Positions 52,701-64,000 of a DNA stretch of 64,000 nt are shown here, piece by piece. Both the position numbers and the translations under genes were made by a program. Source of the DNA: Octopus bimaculoides (Eukaryota). The notes under the pieces were generated by a model. The model worked only from the letters and a program-made list of their open reading frames with translations, did not search any database and had not been told where the DNA came from. The DNA lies in the NCBI RefSeq assembly GCF_001194135.2, contig NC_068983.1, forward strand, positions 79,454,326 through 79,518,325, in the 5' to 3' direction. Numbering within the stretch: the first letter of the stretch is position 1; the number at the start of each line of letters is the position of its first letter.

Positions 52701-54423
52701 ATCTACACATCCACTTAAACATAATGAAAATTAAACTTAATTAAAATAGTAAAATTGTGATCTGTTTTTTAATGTCTATTCTTATCAACATTGTAGAAAC
52801 ACATTTCACTCAAGTTAAGTGGAGCATGCTCACTTCATTTCTTTGTATATGAAGTGAATAGTGATTGTAGGGATGAATAGGGACAATACAGAGTACACAG
52901 AACTTCTTAGTTTTGCTGGGGAGAAAGAAACCATTGGTGCCATGTTAAGATGCAGCCAACACACCCTGTAAAGTGGTTCGTGAATGCTCAGAGCCAGTTG
53001 GACAGAGATGACTCTTTCATCTTACCAAGGACAATATAACTTCTAGAATTTCTGTCAGAATGAAACGCACTCAAAACACACTTCAAAGTGATTTTGGTAT
53101 TAAGGAGGGCATCTAGCCCAAGAAACAATGCTAAAAAATGGAACAAACGAGTTGTATGTGGTCCTAAATCCAACTATGATGACAGTTGCTCTGAATATAA
53201 AATGACTTGGATGATGACGATCCTTTGAAACCAATCAGGAAAGTGGGTGTTAAGTGATGACAATGTTGCTGCTTCTGCCACCACAACCACCAATGACAAC
53301 AATATCGTTCAAAATTTCTATGCAATATTTTTCTTTCTGCACTCCAGTTTCTAGTATCACTGTGGAGTTGATAAAGCATGTGCCATCTTTCTGTCAATCT
53401 CTCTCCCCTTTCAGCCATCACATCCAGAAGGTTCTCTCATGTCAAGGACAAGAGAACTGTGAAGGTTTGGTATCTCCTTGCAACTTCATGGTTACCTAAA
53501 ACAAGTAGCAACAGCTTGGTACATGCTACTAAATTATTTTTGATTCTGAGTGAAGGCTGAAGTTTTTAGTGAGTGATTTAAGGAAAATATAGCTGCTATT
53601 TCTTGCATGTCAAGTGACCTTGAAGACTAGTGTTGAATTTGACAGAGTATCAAATTATAGCATACAGTTTAAATATTTTTTTTCTTTTAATACCACAAAT
53701 AGAAAATAAACCAATATATCTCCTATGCCTGTTTAATGAATGAAAGGCCAAACCTAGATATGTAGGCAGCACTTTAGCAGTCACTTTTCTCTAGAAATAC
53801 TTCTAATTTGTTTTGTTGTAATTGTTTAGTTATTAATATAACTTTAAAACAATTAAAACTTTCTATATTGTCAGTATTTTCTGACTACTGATTTATTGGT
53901 GTCTTGAAATAAATGTCTTAATACCATAATAACCACACACAATCATTCTTAGAATTATTCTTAGACTTGAATAGATTCTTCTCTATCCAATTCCTTCTAT
54001 TTTCCAAATTATATTTTGTGAGCATGTATCCTTATATTGCTAATTAAATTTCTGTTGAAAATTGTTTAATGAGTTAAAGTATTTCTGGCTGTAGAATATT
54101 GAAACTAAGTTTGTGATAATTAAATTTCCATTTAGGGGTTTCTTTTGTTTTATCAAAGAATGACTTTTTTAAAGATAATTATTCTAAGATTCTTCAAGAA
54201 CTGTTAATTCACCTTTGTTTTATTTAGGCAGTACTAATAATTTGAATTTATTTTTATCTTTTTGCTATCTGCATGTATGTACACATGAAATGGATGGATA
54301 TATGTCTCTATAATTAAATAATGTTGTGATTCTTTGGAATGTTTTACTCATCTTCATTTTAACACTAATAACTTACATTTGTTGTATATAAATGAGTCTT
54401 TCTTGGGACTTCCACCAAACAGG

Positions 54424-54518
54424 TCTTGGCTTTCTAAGTTTCTATGTAAGCCTATTTTAACTCGGCCCAGTTCTTGGTCTTCTAGGTTTCTATGTAAGCC
54501 TATTTTAACACAGCCCAA
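54424..54518. repeat. 48-bp tandem duplication (2 copies)
   Basis: TCTTGG...GTTTCTATGTAAGCCTATTTTAAC..GCCCA occurs twice. Confidence 0.9.
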
Positions 54519-55599
54519 TACCCTGATGATAATGGTGATCGTGGTGATGGTGGTGGCGGGGCTAAATGAGAATTTATAACTAGCATATACATATTCCTAG
54601 AGTTCTGCTTCAATTTTGCATAAATGTTTTATTTTACAAGTTTAAATACTCATTTACATCTGTCTGGCAACTAGTCAGCTGGCCTCTATAACAATGCATT
54701 ATGTTTCTTCTTGTCCCAGGGAACAATATCAGGTCTCTTGTGTTTGCAACAGATCAATGTTTTTATTGGAATGCTTCATTAATATTCCTTATTTCTAAAG
54801 GTGTGGGGTACATTGTTTCTATCACACCTTTGCCTACAAATTTATATCATCTTTTCTTTTCATGCCATATAGGAAGGTGATACTTTGCAGACATGTTTGA
54901 ACAGACTGCTGATGATGTGGTTTATATTTCCACACTGGTATGGCCCAACAAATATTTTCTATCAACATTTTATATATGTATGAATGTGTATTTATATATA
55001 TATGCATATATGTTGTGCTGTTAAAAATTGTATATGCATGAGTTGTGTTGTTGTTGTTTTGTGCTGGCTCAGTCTGTGATCCAGTAAAACTATGGTCAAG
55101 AATGTTCCCATTATGATCAATCACATTATGTTTTCAGACATAGTATCTACGTTTACCATTATCAAATGCAGCTCATTTTTTTAAGATAGTAAGGTTTGCT
55201 CTGAGGAAGATTCAGCTACTATATCTAATAGATTAAGCAACTATATGTGGAAATTCCTTCATTGTCTTATGTGCACATTTTCTTAGTGTATATATATACT
55301 GTTGTTATAATTCTTTGTTTTTGCTGATGCTCTGCTCCTCAAATTAATGGGTAATAGCTTGAAAGAAATATCAAATTTTATTTTACTTTCATTTTTATAA
55401 CGAGCAGAGATGTCATTAGGTGGTTTAGAAGTTAGGTTTCTAACCAAGGATACCAGTTTCAATGTCTAATTGTGGCATCTCAAGTGAGTGACATCTAGCA
55501 TAGCTTTAGCTTTGAACAATGCTTTCTGGGTGGAATTTGGTTGACAGAAATATTGTTGAAGTATGTAAATGTCCATTGTACATGCATGTAAATGCGTGC

Positions 55600-55705
<106 letters not shown>

Positions 55706-55715
55706 TACACATATG

Positions 55716-55800
55716 TATGAGGGCGGGCTGAAAAGTTCCTAACTTTGAGTAAAAGAAAGTACAAGAGGATCAATTACAGTTTTATTCAACATATTTCCCT
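55716..55800 (+). mobile_element. Solo mariner-type terminus
   Basis: TATGAGGGCGGGCTGAAAAGTTCC resembles mariner ends of the TA-YGAGGG...GAAAAGT type; followed by TTTTATTCAACATA. Confidence 0.55.
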
Positions 55801-57598
55801 TTTTTTTCTTAAAATTTCTAAAGATAGAAGAATTTTATTTGCAGGTGATTTGGTTATTATTTTTAGCTGGGTTCTTTACTAGCTTGAAATAGCTTTTATG
55901 TTGCATGTTGTAACTGTTAAATGTATCCTCTAACTGTTATTCAGATATATTTCCTTGTTTCTTCATAATTTCATTATCTCACATTCAAACTTTAAGTCTT
56001 CTCTATAAATCAAACTTTTTCAGTTTCTATCAAACACAATTGCTATTTAATCACTGTACACAATGTTTGTTACTGTGATCATTAGTAATTTTGGCTAGAT
56101 TTCATATTTCTTAATTGATTTATGAGACCATATAAAGTTGTACTAAAATTTAGATTAGGTTCAATTGATTTTAAAGTTTATTTTCATAATTGCTTGTATA
56201 TCTATACATTTGTTGCCAATTTTCACTAATAAAATATGTTGGCTTCAATTATAAGCTTATTATTTTTCTTTGAATATGATCAGGGTTTATTTAAATTTGT
56301 TGTTCTTTCCTGTGAGCTATTAGTATATTAGAGTATAAATACATAATTTCACTTTGTGATCTTATATATGAGTGTATTCTTCTAAATCCTTCTGATTATG
56401 CTTTATTTACTAATTAGATCAATCATATTTATTTATAGTAAACACAAAGGGAAATTGCCTCCAAATTATAACATAGGTTTCTTAATTTACTTTCTATTTT
56501 AGATTCATTGTCAGCAAACAATTCATTAAAAATATCTTTTATCAGATTTTCTTGATATTTAGAATTAGATTTTGCAATTAAAACTCGACATTGTTCCAGA
56601 ATTCTTTCATGTTTTTAAAAAATATTTTCACCTTTTATTTTCTTCATTTCTTTATCGGTTATTTCCAGAGAGAATTTTAATTCTTGGGGGTTTGCTGCCA
56701 TCTAAGGAATATTCTCTATATCTTAGAGTTATTCCACTAATAATTCCTTCTTCCTCTCCATATTAACATGTGAAGGCATGTAGCCTAATAATTATGGTTT
56801 TGGGTGCATGTTGCATCATGCATTCAATTCCTGACCTGGTAGTTGTATCCTTGAATAAAGTACACTACTTCATGTTGCTCTAGTCTATTCAGCTCTTCTT
56901 CCAGCAGTCACATCCTTGATGTACCCATAGGTCAAAGGTGAAGAGGTCAAGTATGTGTTTATCTTTGTATGTGACTATGTAAGGCACCTAAAACTATTAG
57001 CAGTACAAATTACTAGGTTATTGACTTCTGAGTGTTGGCTAAACATACATTAACATGTGAGATTATCGTTCATCATATCTGCTACATATTTAAGACTGAT
57101 TCTTGTTATATCTAGAGGATTCTATGTAACTCCATGACTTACTTATATTAAAGAAATAAATAAAGCATACACAGTACATTAAACACTTGTGTGCTTTCAG
57201 TAATACCTTTTAAGAAATACCTACAGCTGATTCCAATACTTTTTCTTCATTCAAGTTTACTTTTTATACATTCCACTAATTTGGTCTATGTTATGTCTCA
57301 GATTTTTCAAGACATCCCCCATTATTATTTATTTTTCTTTTTGCTCATGTTTACTTGGAAATATAAAACATCTTGATTATTTTTATAAAGAATCCATTAT
57401 CATTTATTTTGTATGCAAGCAATAAATTAGACACAATTAACTGGCATTCAATATGCTAAATCAATCAATATTTCTTATTAAATAATTTTCCATTGTATAG
57501 TCATTGTTCTTGTGAAGACTCTCAGGTGTTTTTGATCTTTTCTTTATTTAAATTCTTATTATTCAGATCCAGAAAAATTATAATCCTTCTCTCTTCTA

Positions 57599-57632
<34 letters not shown>

Positions 57633-57639
57633 TTCCCTC

Positions 57640-57835
57640 CTCTGTGTCAGGAAGCATAAGCACTTACACACACACATGTACACACATGACGAAAACTTCT
57701 GCCTACCAAATTCAATCACAAGGCTTCAGTCTGCCCGGGACTATAGCAGAAGACACTTGCCAAAGGTGCCACGCAGTGCATCTGGACTTGGAACCTTGTG
57801 GCTGGAGAGCAAGCTTCCTAACCACACAACCATGG
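57640..57835 (-). mobile_element. tRNA-derived SINE
   Basis: Reverse complement of head and body of the 11030-11440 family. Confidence 0.8.
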
Positions 57836-58520
57836 GATGAGGTGATGAAGAATGACCTTCAAACGTTGGGCCTCACAGAGACAATGGCAAGAGACCGAGG
57901 CCTCTGGAGATATGCTGTGATTGAGAAGACCCGGCAAGTAAAGTGAGATCACAGCCATAGCCTATGCCAGTGTCGCATAACCAGCCCATTTAAAAAGTAC
58001 CTTTGAATTGTTGGGCGACACACCATGCTCAGGGAGACCTATTGAGTCAAGTAAAATCAAAGATCAAAATCAAATCACAATCAGAAATGGAATTTGTAGT
58101 TGTGGCCAATGCCAGTGTTTCCTGACTGGCTCTTATGCTGGTGGCATGCAGTGAGCACCATTCATGTGCGGGCTGTTGCCAATGCCACCTGAGTGGCTCC
58201 CCGTGCTGGTGGCATATAGAAAGCACCATCCAAACATAGGCGATGCCAGCCCCACCACCCCGACTGGCTGCTGTGCCACTAGTGCATAAAAAGCACCATC
58301 CAAATGTGGCCTATGCCAGTGATGCCTGACTGGCTTCCATGCTGGTGGCATGTAAAAAGCACCTACTACACTCTTGGAGTGGTTGGCATTAGGAAGGGCA
58401 TCCAGCTGTAGAAACATAGCCAAATCAGACTGGAGCCTTGTGCAGCCTTCTGGCTTGCCAGTCCCCAGTCAAACTGCACAGCCTATTCCAGCATGGGAAA
58501 CAGACGTTAAAGGATGATGA
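57832..58520 (+). mobile_element. 5'-truncated RTE LINE 3' end with 3' UTR/tail repeats
   Basis: WDEVMKNDLQTLGLTETMARDRGLWRYAVIEKTRQVK* followed by GGCA..TAAAAAGCACC repeats and a (GAT)n tail. Confidence 0.85.
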
Positions 58521-58829
58521 TGATATATACCCCAAGAGGAAACTTATTAATGCAATCTGTACCTGACATGTATTGCGAGCATGGAAGCGAACCCGTACCA
58601 TCTTATATATATATATATATATTTATATTGTCCCACCCATACCAGCATGGAAAGCGGACGTTAAATGATGATGAAGGTACACACTCTCACATACACACAC
58701 AGACATCTTGGAAGTAAAAAGATGCTCCTCATTATACTCTTTTTTTGTGTAGATACTACTCATTAACATGTTGCTCAAACAGGTTAAACCATTAAAAATC
58801 ACACTAAGTAGTTGTACTAATGGTATATG

Positions 58830-59130
58830 AAGGTGCATGGCTCAGTGGCTAGAGGGTTGGGGTTACAATCATGAGTTAGTGCACCAGGTGTATGCTGTGT
58901 TCTTGAGCAAGACACTTTATTTCACATTGCTTCAGTTAACTCAGCTGTAGAAATGAGTTACAACGTAACAGGTGCCAAACTGTATCAACCTTTGCCTTTT
59001 CCTTGGATAACATTGGTGGCATTGAGAGGGGAGGCTGGTATGTATGGGTGCCTGCTGTTCTTCTATAAGTAACATTGCCCAGACTTGTGCCTTGAGGGTA
59101 ACTTTCTAGGTGCAATCCCATGGTCATTGA
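58830..59130 (+). mobile_element. tRNA-derived SINE
   Basis: GGTGCATGGCTCAGTGGCTAGAG head; CTTGAGCAAGACACTTTATTTCAC core. Confidence 0.8.
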
Positions 59131-59440
59131 TGACCAAAAAGGATTTTTACCTACTAGTAGTATGGGGGCATGTGCATCACTTCATCCTCTATTTGTTATT
59201 GATTCCCTGCGACTCTTGTTGGATGATGCCTCTCCACCACTCTGACGACAATACCTCCAACCCATGGATCTGTTTGGACAGTAATTACTGGTGAGCATTT
59301 TATGAGGTCAGAGTGCAAATCCTATCTCAACCTCTTTTAGTCACCTTTTATGACATGCAAAGGAAACACTGGGGCTCTTCTTTGACTTGCCAGCTGCTAC
59401 ACAGCTCAACACAAAGCAAGTCTAATAAATACTAAATTAT

Positions 59441-59658
59441 TTAATTCTTCAGCATTTAAACTAGCCATATTCAGCTCTAATATTCTACCTTTTTTATGTT
59501 CAAAGTGGCCATATCCAGCCTCTCATACATACCCTACAATGTCATTCTGAAAGTAAACAATCATAGTATTGAAATCTCAAAGCAACAAGATAATTCAAAG
59601 TAATGTCAATCAATAAGCAACACAATGGGCAAATAAACCTGAATACTAAAGGGTTAAA
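59441..59658. mobile_element. piggyBac-like MITE (same family as 5848-6075)
   Basis: Ends TTAATTCTTCAGCATT and AATACTAAAGGGTTAA. Confidence 0.7.
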
Positions 59659-59755
59659 TGTATCAAATATTATTTTGTTTTTAGAAATACATCTTCTAAA
59701 AGTTATGGTGTCTGTGTATAGTCTCACATGCATGCATGCAGGCATGTATGCATAT

Positions 59756-59795
<40 letters not shown>

Positions 59796-60804
59796 GATGC
59801 AACTGCTAAATTAGGCTTGTGATTCATTATGTATTTGTGACACCAAGTTCATTATTCTACATCATAAGATAAATAAGTATACATCTTTAGTTCATGAACC
59901 AATAGAAATTTGATCAGCTACTGACTGATATAGTAACTATTTCATACAAAATAGATCTAAAACTTAGTGATTTGGTTATGTACTTTTGGCAGGATTTAGA
60001 TAAGTAGCTCCTGTCACATTTTCATCCATTGAGTTATTTGCACATAACCTTATTTGATCAGCAGATGAACACCTAAACTGATTCACCAATGCCATATGGA
60101 TAATATCCAACTGATAAAGAAATTCCTAGCACTTTGCCAACAAATCTTTTATTATTGCCTCTTAAATCCAAGGAATTTGCTACTTCACAACTGTTGTACT
60201 GTTTTTCTTAACTATGTTGCAATATACCCAGTAAGTGCATGCTTTTACATATTAGAACAAAATTTTATATTTAAATCTGATACCATATTCTCTATTCAGG
60301 TTTTCTAAATGCAGTAACTAAGTATAAGCTAAGTTAGAGTAATAAATGTTTTGAAATAAGTGAGTTAATTTGAGTGTTAGGGTGTTGAATATTTGCACTC
60401 CATTAGGGCTTACATTGATACATTGATTCAACTTTAAATGGCAGGTTTCACTTTGTTCAATATCTATTAAAAAATAAGGTTATTAAATTTCCTTTAACAT
60501 TGTAGATCTAAGTTATATTCATTTCTTTGAATGCAGCTAAACTTACTATAGAATAAATAAAATATATATCAATATACCATTTCTTTATCTATGATGCCAT
60601 TATGTAAGAGACAGAAACAGGATCACATTAAACTGAGTTCTTCTCAACTGTTAAAGTAGTATTTGTTCTCCAACTTTATTCTTTTTCTTTTTTTTTTTTT
60701 CATATTTCTTAAAAGTAAATATATAAACAAGCTGAGATGAATTTTTCCAAATTACATCAAACTTTGGAAACAGCTATCATTTTTGTTGCTTTGTATTGTA
60801 AGAT

Positions 60805-60857
<53 letters not shown>

Positions 60858-61006
60858 TACCATATGACAGTAGTGGTTTTGGCAGAATTGCAAGAATATT
60901 AGGAAAAAAAAATGCCTTGCGGTATTCATTCCAGTATTTTGTTCTGTGTGTAGATCCTGCTGAGGTCAACTTTGCCTGTCATCCTTCCAACATCAATGAT
61001 ATAAAG

Positions 61007-61127
61007 NNNNNNNNNNNNNNNNNNNNNNNNNNNNNNNNNNNNNNNNNNNNNNNNNNNNNNNNNNNNNNNNNNNNNNNNNNNNNNNNNNNNNNNNNNNNNN
61101 NNNNNNNNNNNNNNNNNNNNNNNNNNN
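61007..61127. other. Assembly gap (N run)
   Basis: N bases. Confidence 1.
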
Positions 61128-61161
<34 letters not shown>

Positions 61162-63529
61162 TTTCATAACGTTATCATTTTTTTATCATAGTAATTAAAA
61201 TATGAAATAATTAAAATATCTGATAAATTATAACATGATTTCATTTACTTTTTTCTTAAAACTATATTATTCAGTACTAAAGGCAATTCTTATTCTCCCA
61301 AATGTTTCACTATATACATTTAGCAATATGGACAAATTTTATACCTCAGAGGTTTTATATTAAGTGACAGAATATTTGGCGCTACAAGGTGAGTTAATTG
61401 AAAAGGATTTAAATAAGTTTTTTTTTTCTTTAATAATATCACAGGCTTAAAAGCCAGATGCAGCTAATCTATTTGGAAACACTATTTATTCTATAAATTT
61501 TTATATCATTAAATATGGATAAATTGGTCGCATTATCCTTTTTATCGCAGAGTAAACATGGATATTGATTACAAGAGAAATAGTGTCATAAATACAAATC
61601 CATATTTATTAAATTTTACTTTTAAATGAATATTGAGTTATCTCTTATTTTATTATGATTATTAGTTTTAAGTATTATAAAATTGAATTAAAGGTTAAAT
61701 TTTTATTCATATTTTTATTCTAAACCCTCTTCTGACACAGGCTTGATGGAATCAAAATGACATTTAAAAAAAAAAAATAAATAAAAAAGCAAATATTTCT
61801 GCTACATTTAGAGCTTTCATGTCATGAGAATGACATCCATATCAAATTCTTCAGAAAAGCTGTTTGTGTTGTGAAAACTTTGTAAATTCAAATTATCTAT
61901 AGTTTGTTTTGCAATATTATTTGAAACAGTAAATTTTATCTCAAAATGTAGTAAATCATATCTAAAAAATGTGCAAATTTGTGGTTAAATATTACATATT
62001 TTGTTTGATAGCTTTTATTGATCTAAGTAAAACTCATATGTTAGATAAAATCAAACAACTTTTAGCTTTATTGATCTCATGTTATCTTTCAAACTTTAGC
62101 TTTACATTTTCATATTGAATCTTCCTATTTCTAGAGAAAATTCCTGTACATGTATGAATTCTGTTTTTCCCCTTTTTCTTATTCATTTATTTCATATATA
62201 AGTTGACAGGTAAAGGATAAGTCAAATAATAGTGTCACTGTAGCTATATTTCAAGTAGATGGTTTATTTCATAAAATTTATATAATTTAACAAGTTACCA
62301 CGTGAATTAATGAAATTAAAAATAAAATGAGAATTTTTATTTCCCAAAATGTTTTGATGACTGAATTCTTTGGTGCTTAACTTTTGGAATCTATTTCATG
62401 TGCAAAAAGGAATATTTTCTATTAAAACACTTTATCCTGATCATGTTTGATATTTTACATTTTTAAAATCCTTTACATGTTATTTCTAGTTTTTTGTTTT
62501 AATTGCTGCAACCAAAGGATTAAGTATGAGTTAACCATTATATTTTATATCAAGTAAAGTTATATATCGTTTTGATCTGTCAGAAAAATTATTAAAGAAA
62601 ATTATTAAGTTCTGGTGCTTAACCATGTATGTCATCTCAGGTATATTATTGTTTTAGTTTCAAATATAAAGAACATTTTTTTTTTGTCTGCCTATCAAAA
62701 ATAAGCTTGGGGTTAGAATTATGATTTCAATGGAAGAATCAGTATAATGATGTTGAAAATTTCTTGAAGTAATTAGTTATATCAGAGTTTAAATTCCACT
62801 TCAGTACAGAGAAGTAAACTAACAGACTGATTTTCGGAATGATTGGACCAAAATATCACCTTTACTACAGCAAGTAAGCTGACCTAATATATATAGACTG
62901 GCAATAGATGTAATCAGCAGATTACCATTTATGATTATTTTAAAGGAGCAATGGCCATAGATTAGTACAAATTCAGAGAAGAAGGCAGTAAATAAATATC
63001 ATAAAGTGAAAATATCAGGAATTAGAAAAATATAAAAGTAGATAAGAAAATTGGTTTCAAAGGAAGATATTGGCACTAAGATAGAAGTATTTTGCAAAGG
63101 AAGATAAATCTCTCTGAGAGATTTAGAAATGTATTATTTCTATTTTCAAAGAAAGATATGTTGACCATTCTAATATTAATTTAGATGAATAAAAGAATAA
63201 ATAAATTAATGAATAATGAATAAGGCATTTATGGTCAGTGGGAAGAAAGAGACATAAAGAGAGAACAAAGGTTATAGAAAGAGGGCTTAAATTGTTGGAT
63301 TTTCATGCACTGTTGATTTTGAAGGATGGTAGGTTTTCTCAAGAACATTAATATGGTATCAGCCTACACATATATACCCATTATATGAATAATCATAAGC
63401 ACATTAGCTATCATATGTCAGTATTAACAAGTGACTTCATATATATTTATATATTTACACACACACACACACACACACACATAGACAGATGCATAAGAAA
63501 CTGATTTCCTCAAATGTCTTGGTGGTACT

Positions 63530-63815
63530 CTGAAAGTAGTAAATAATTTTTGAAACCTAGGTGACCTCCAGTGGAGGAGGCTGTGCTGAAAGTATAATTG
63601 CTAGAATAAGAATAGGGTGGAGCTAGTTAAGAGAGCTCTTGCTTCTGTTGGCAACTAAAGGTTTCTCTCTACAACTGAAAGGAAGATTGTATGAAGCATG
63701 TGTGCTAACTGCAATGCTACATGGCAGTGAGACATGGGCCCTGAATGCAGAAGGCATGCAAAGTCTAGAGAAGAACGAACCTGGTATACTCTGTGTGGTG
63801 TGTGCATACAAGTAG
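63530..63815 (+). mobile_element. RTE LINE RT C-terminal fragment
   Basis: GGGCAESIIARIRIGWS*LRELLLLLATKGFSLQLKGRLYEACVLTAMLHGSETWALNAEGMQSLEKNE. Confidence 0.88.
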
Positions 63816-64000
63816 ATGTAATCGCCTTACCTCGGTTTTCCTTTCCTCGACTGCGAGTCCGTCTTGCGGTATCCGATCCTTGAAGCTTGCCCCGACCCAA
63901 GGTACACCAGGTATAGCAGCTGCTTCTCCCAAACATTCCCAAACCTAGACCGTCGCTTAACACGTCTTGTCCTGACCGCAGCCCCGTTCGAAAAGGGCAC
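63816..64000. mobile_element. CpG-rich segment abutting the RTE fragment; probably a young element end, runs off the window
   Basis: 14 CpGs in 185 bp versus a CpG-poor background; abrupt junction. Confidence 0.45.

Noticed and set aside
54424-54518. CRISPR-like repeat here and at 51929-51992
   Set aside because: Only 2-3 adjacent copies without unique spacers, eukaryotic context and no cas genes.

Overview
AT-rich, microsatellite-laden eukaryotic genomic DNA with four N gaps. The repeat landscape (tRNA-derived SINEs, RTE, R4/Dong, CR1/L2 and CRE LINE remnants, mariner, hAT and piggyBac-like MITEs) resembles an octopus/coleoid cephalopod genome; this is inference from repeat style, not proven. 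I recognise no intact host protein-coding gene, rRNA, true tRNA or CRISPR array. The window looks intronic or intergenic, with only a few weak short-exon candidates, and most tracked ORFs are microsatellite or TE artefacts. The clearest element is a full-length but decayed mariner (9346-10618) with TIRs and TA TSD. The most striking structure is a ~580-bp palindrome (51827-52406) flanked by a 10-bp direct repeat (ACTCTCCTGT). It consists of two head-to-head tRNA-derived SINE-like units, each ending in a minimal type I hammerhead-ribozyme motif of the Penelope/retrozyme kind. Other oddities are a templated insertion with a fold-back inversion inside a Dong LINE (15529-18536), recurrent tail-to-tail SINE pairs, a hairpin MITE with CpG-type arm mismatches, a MER1-like hAT end, and diverged local tandem repeats of ~210 bp and ~140 bp.
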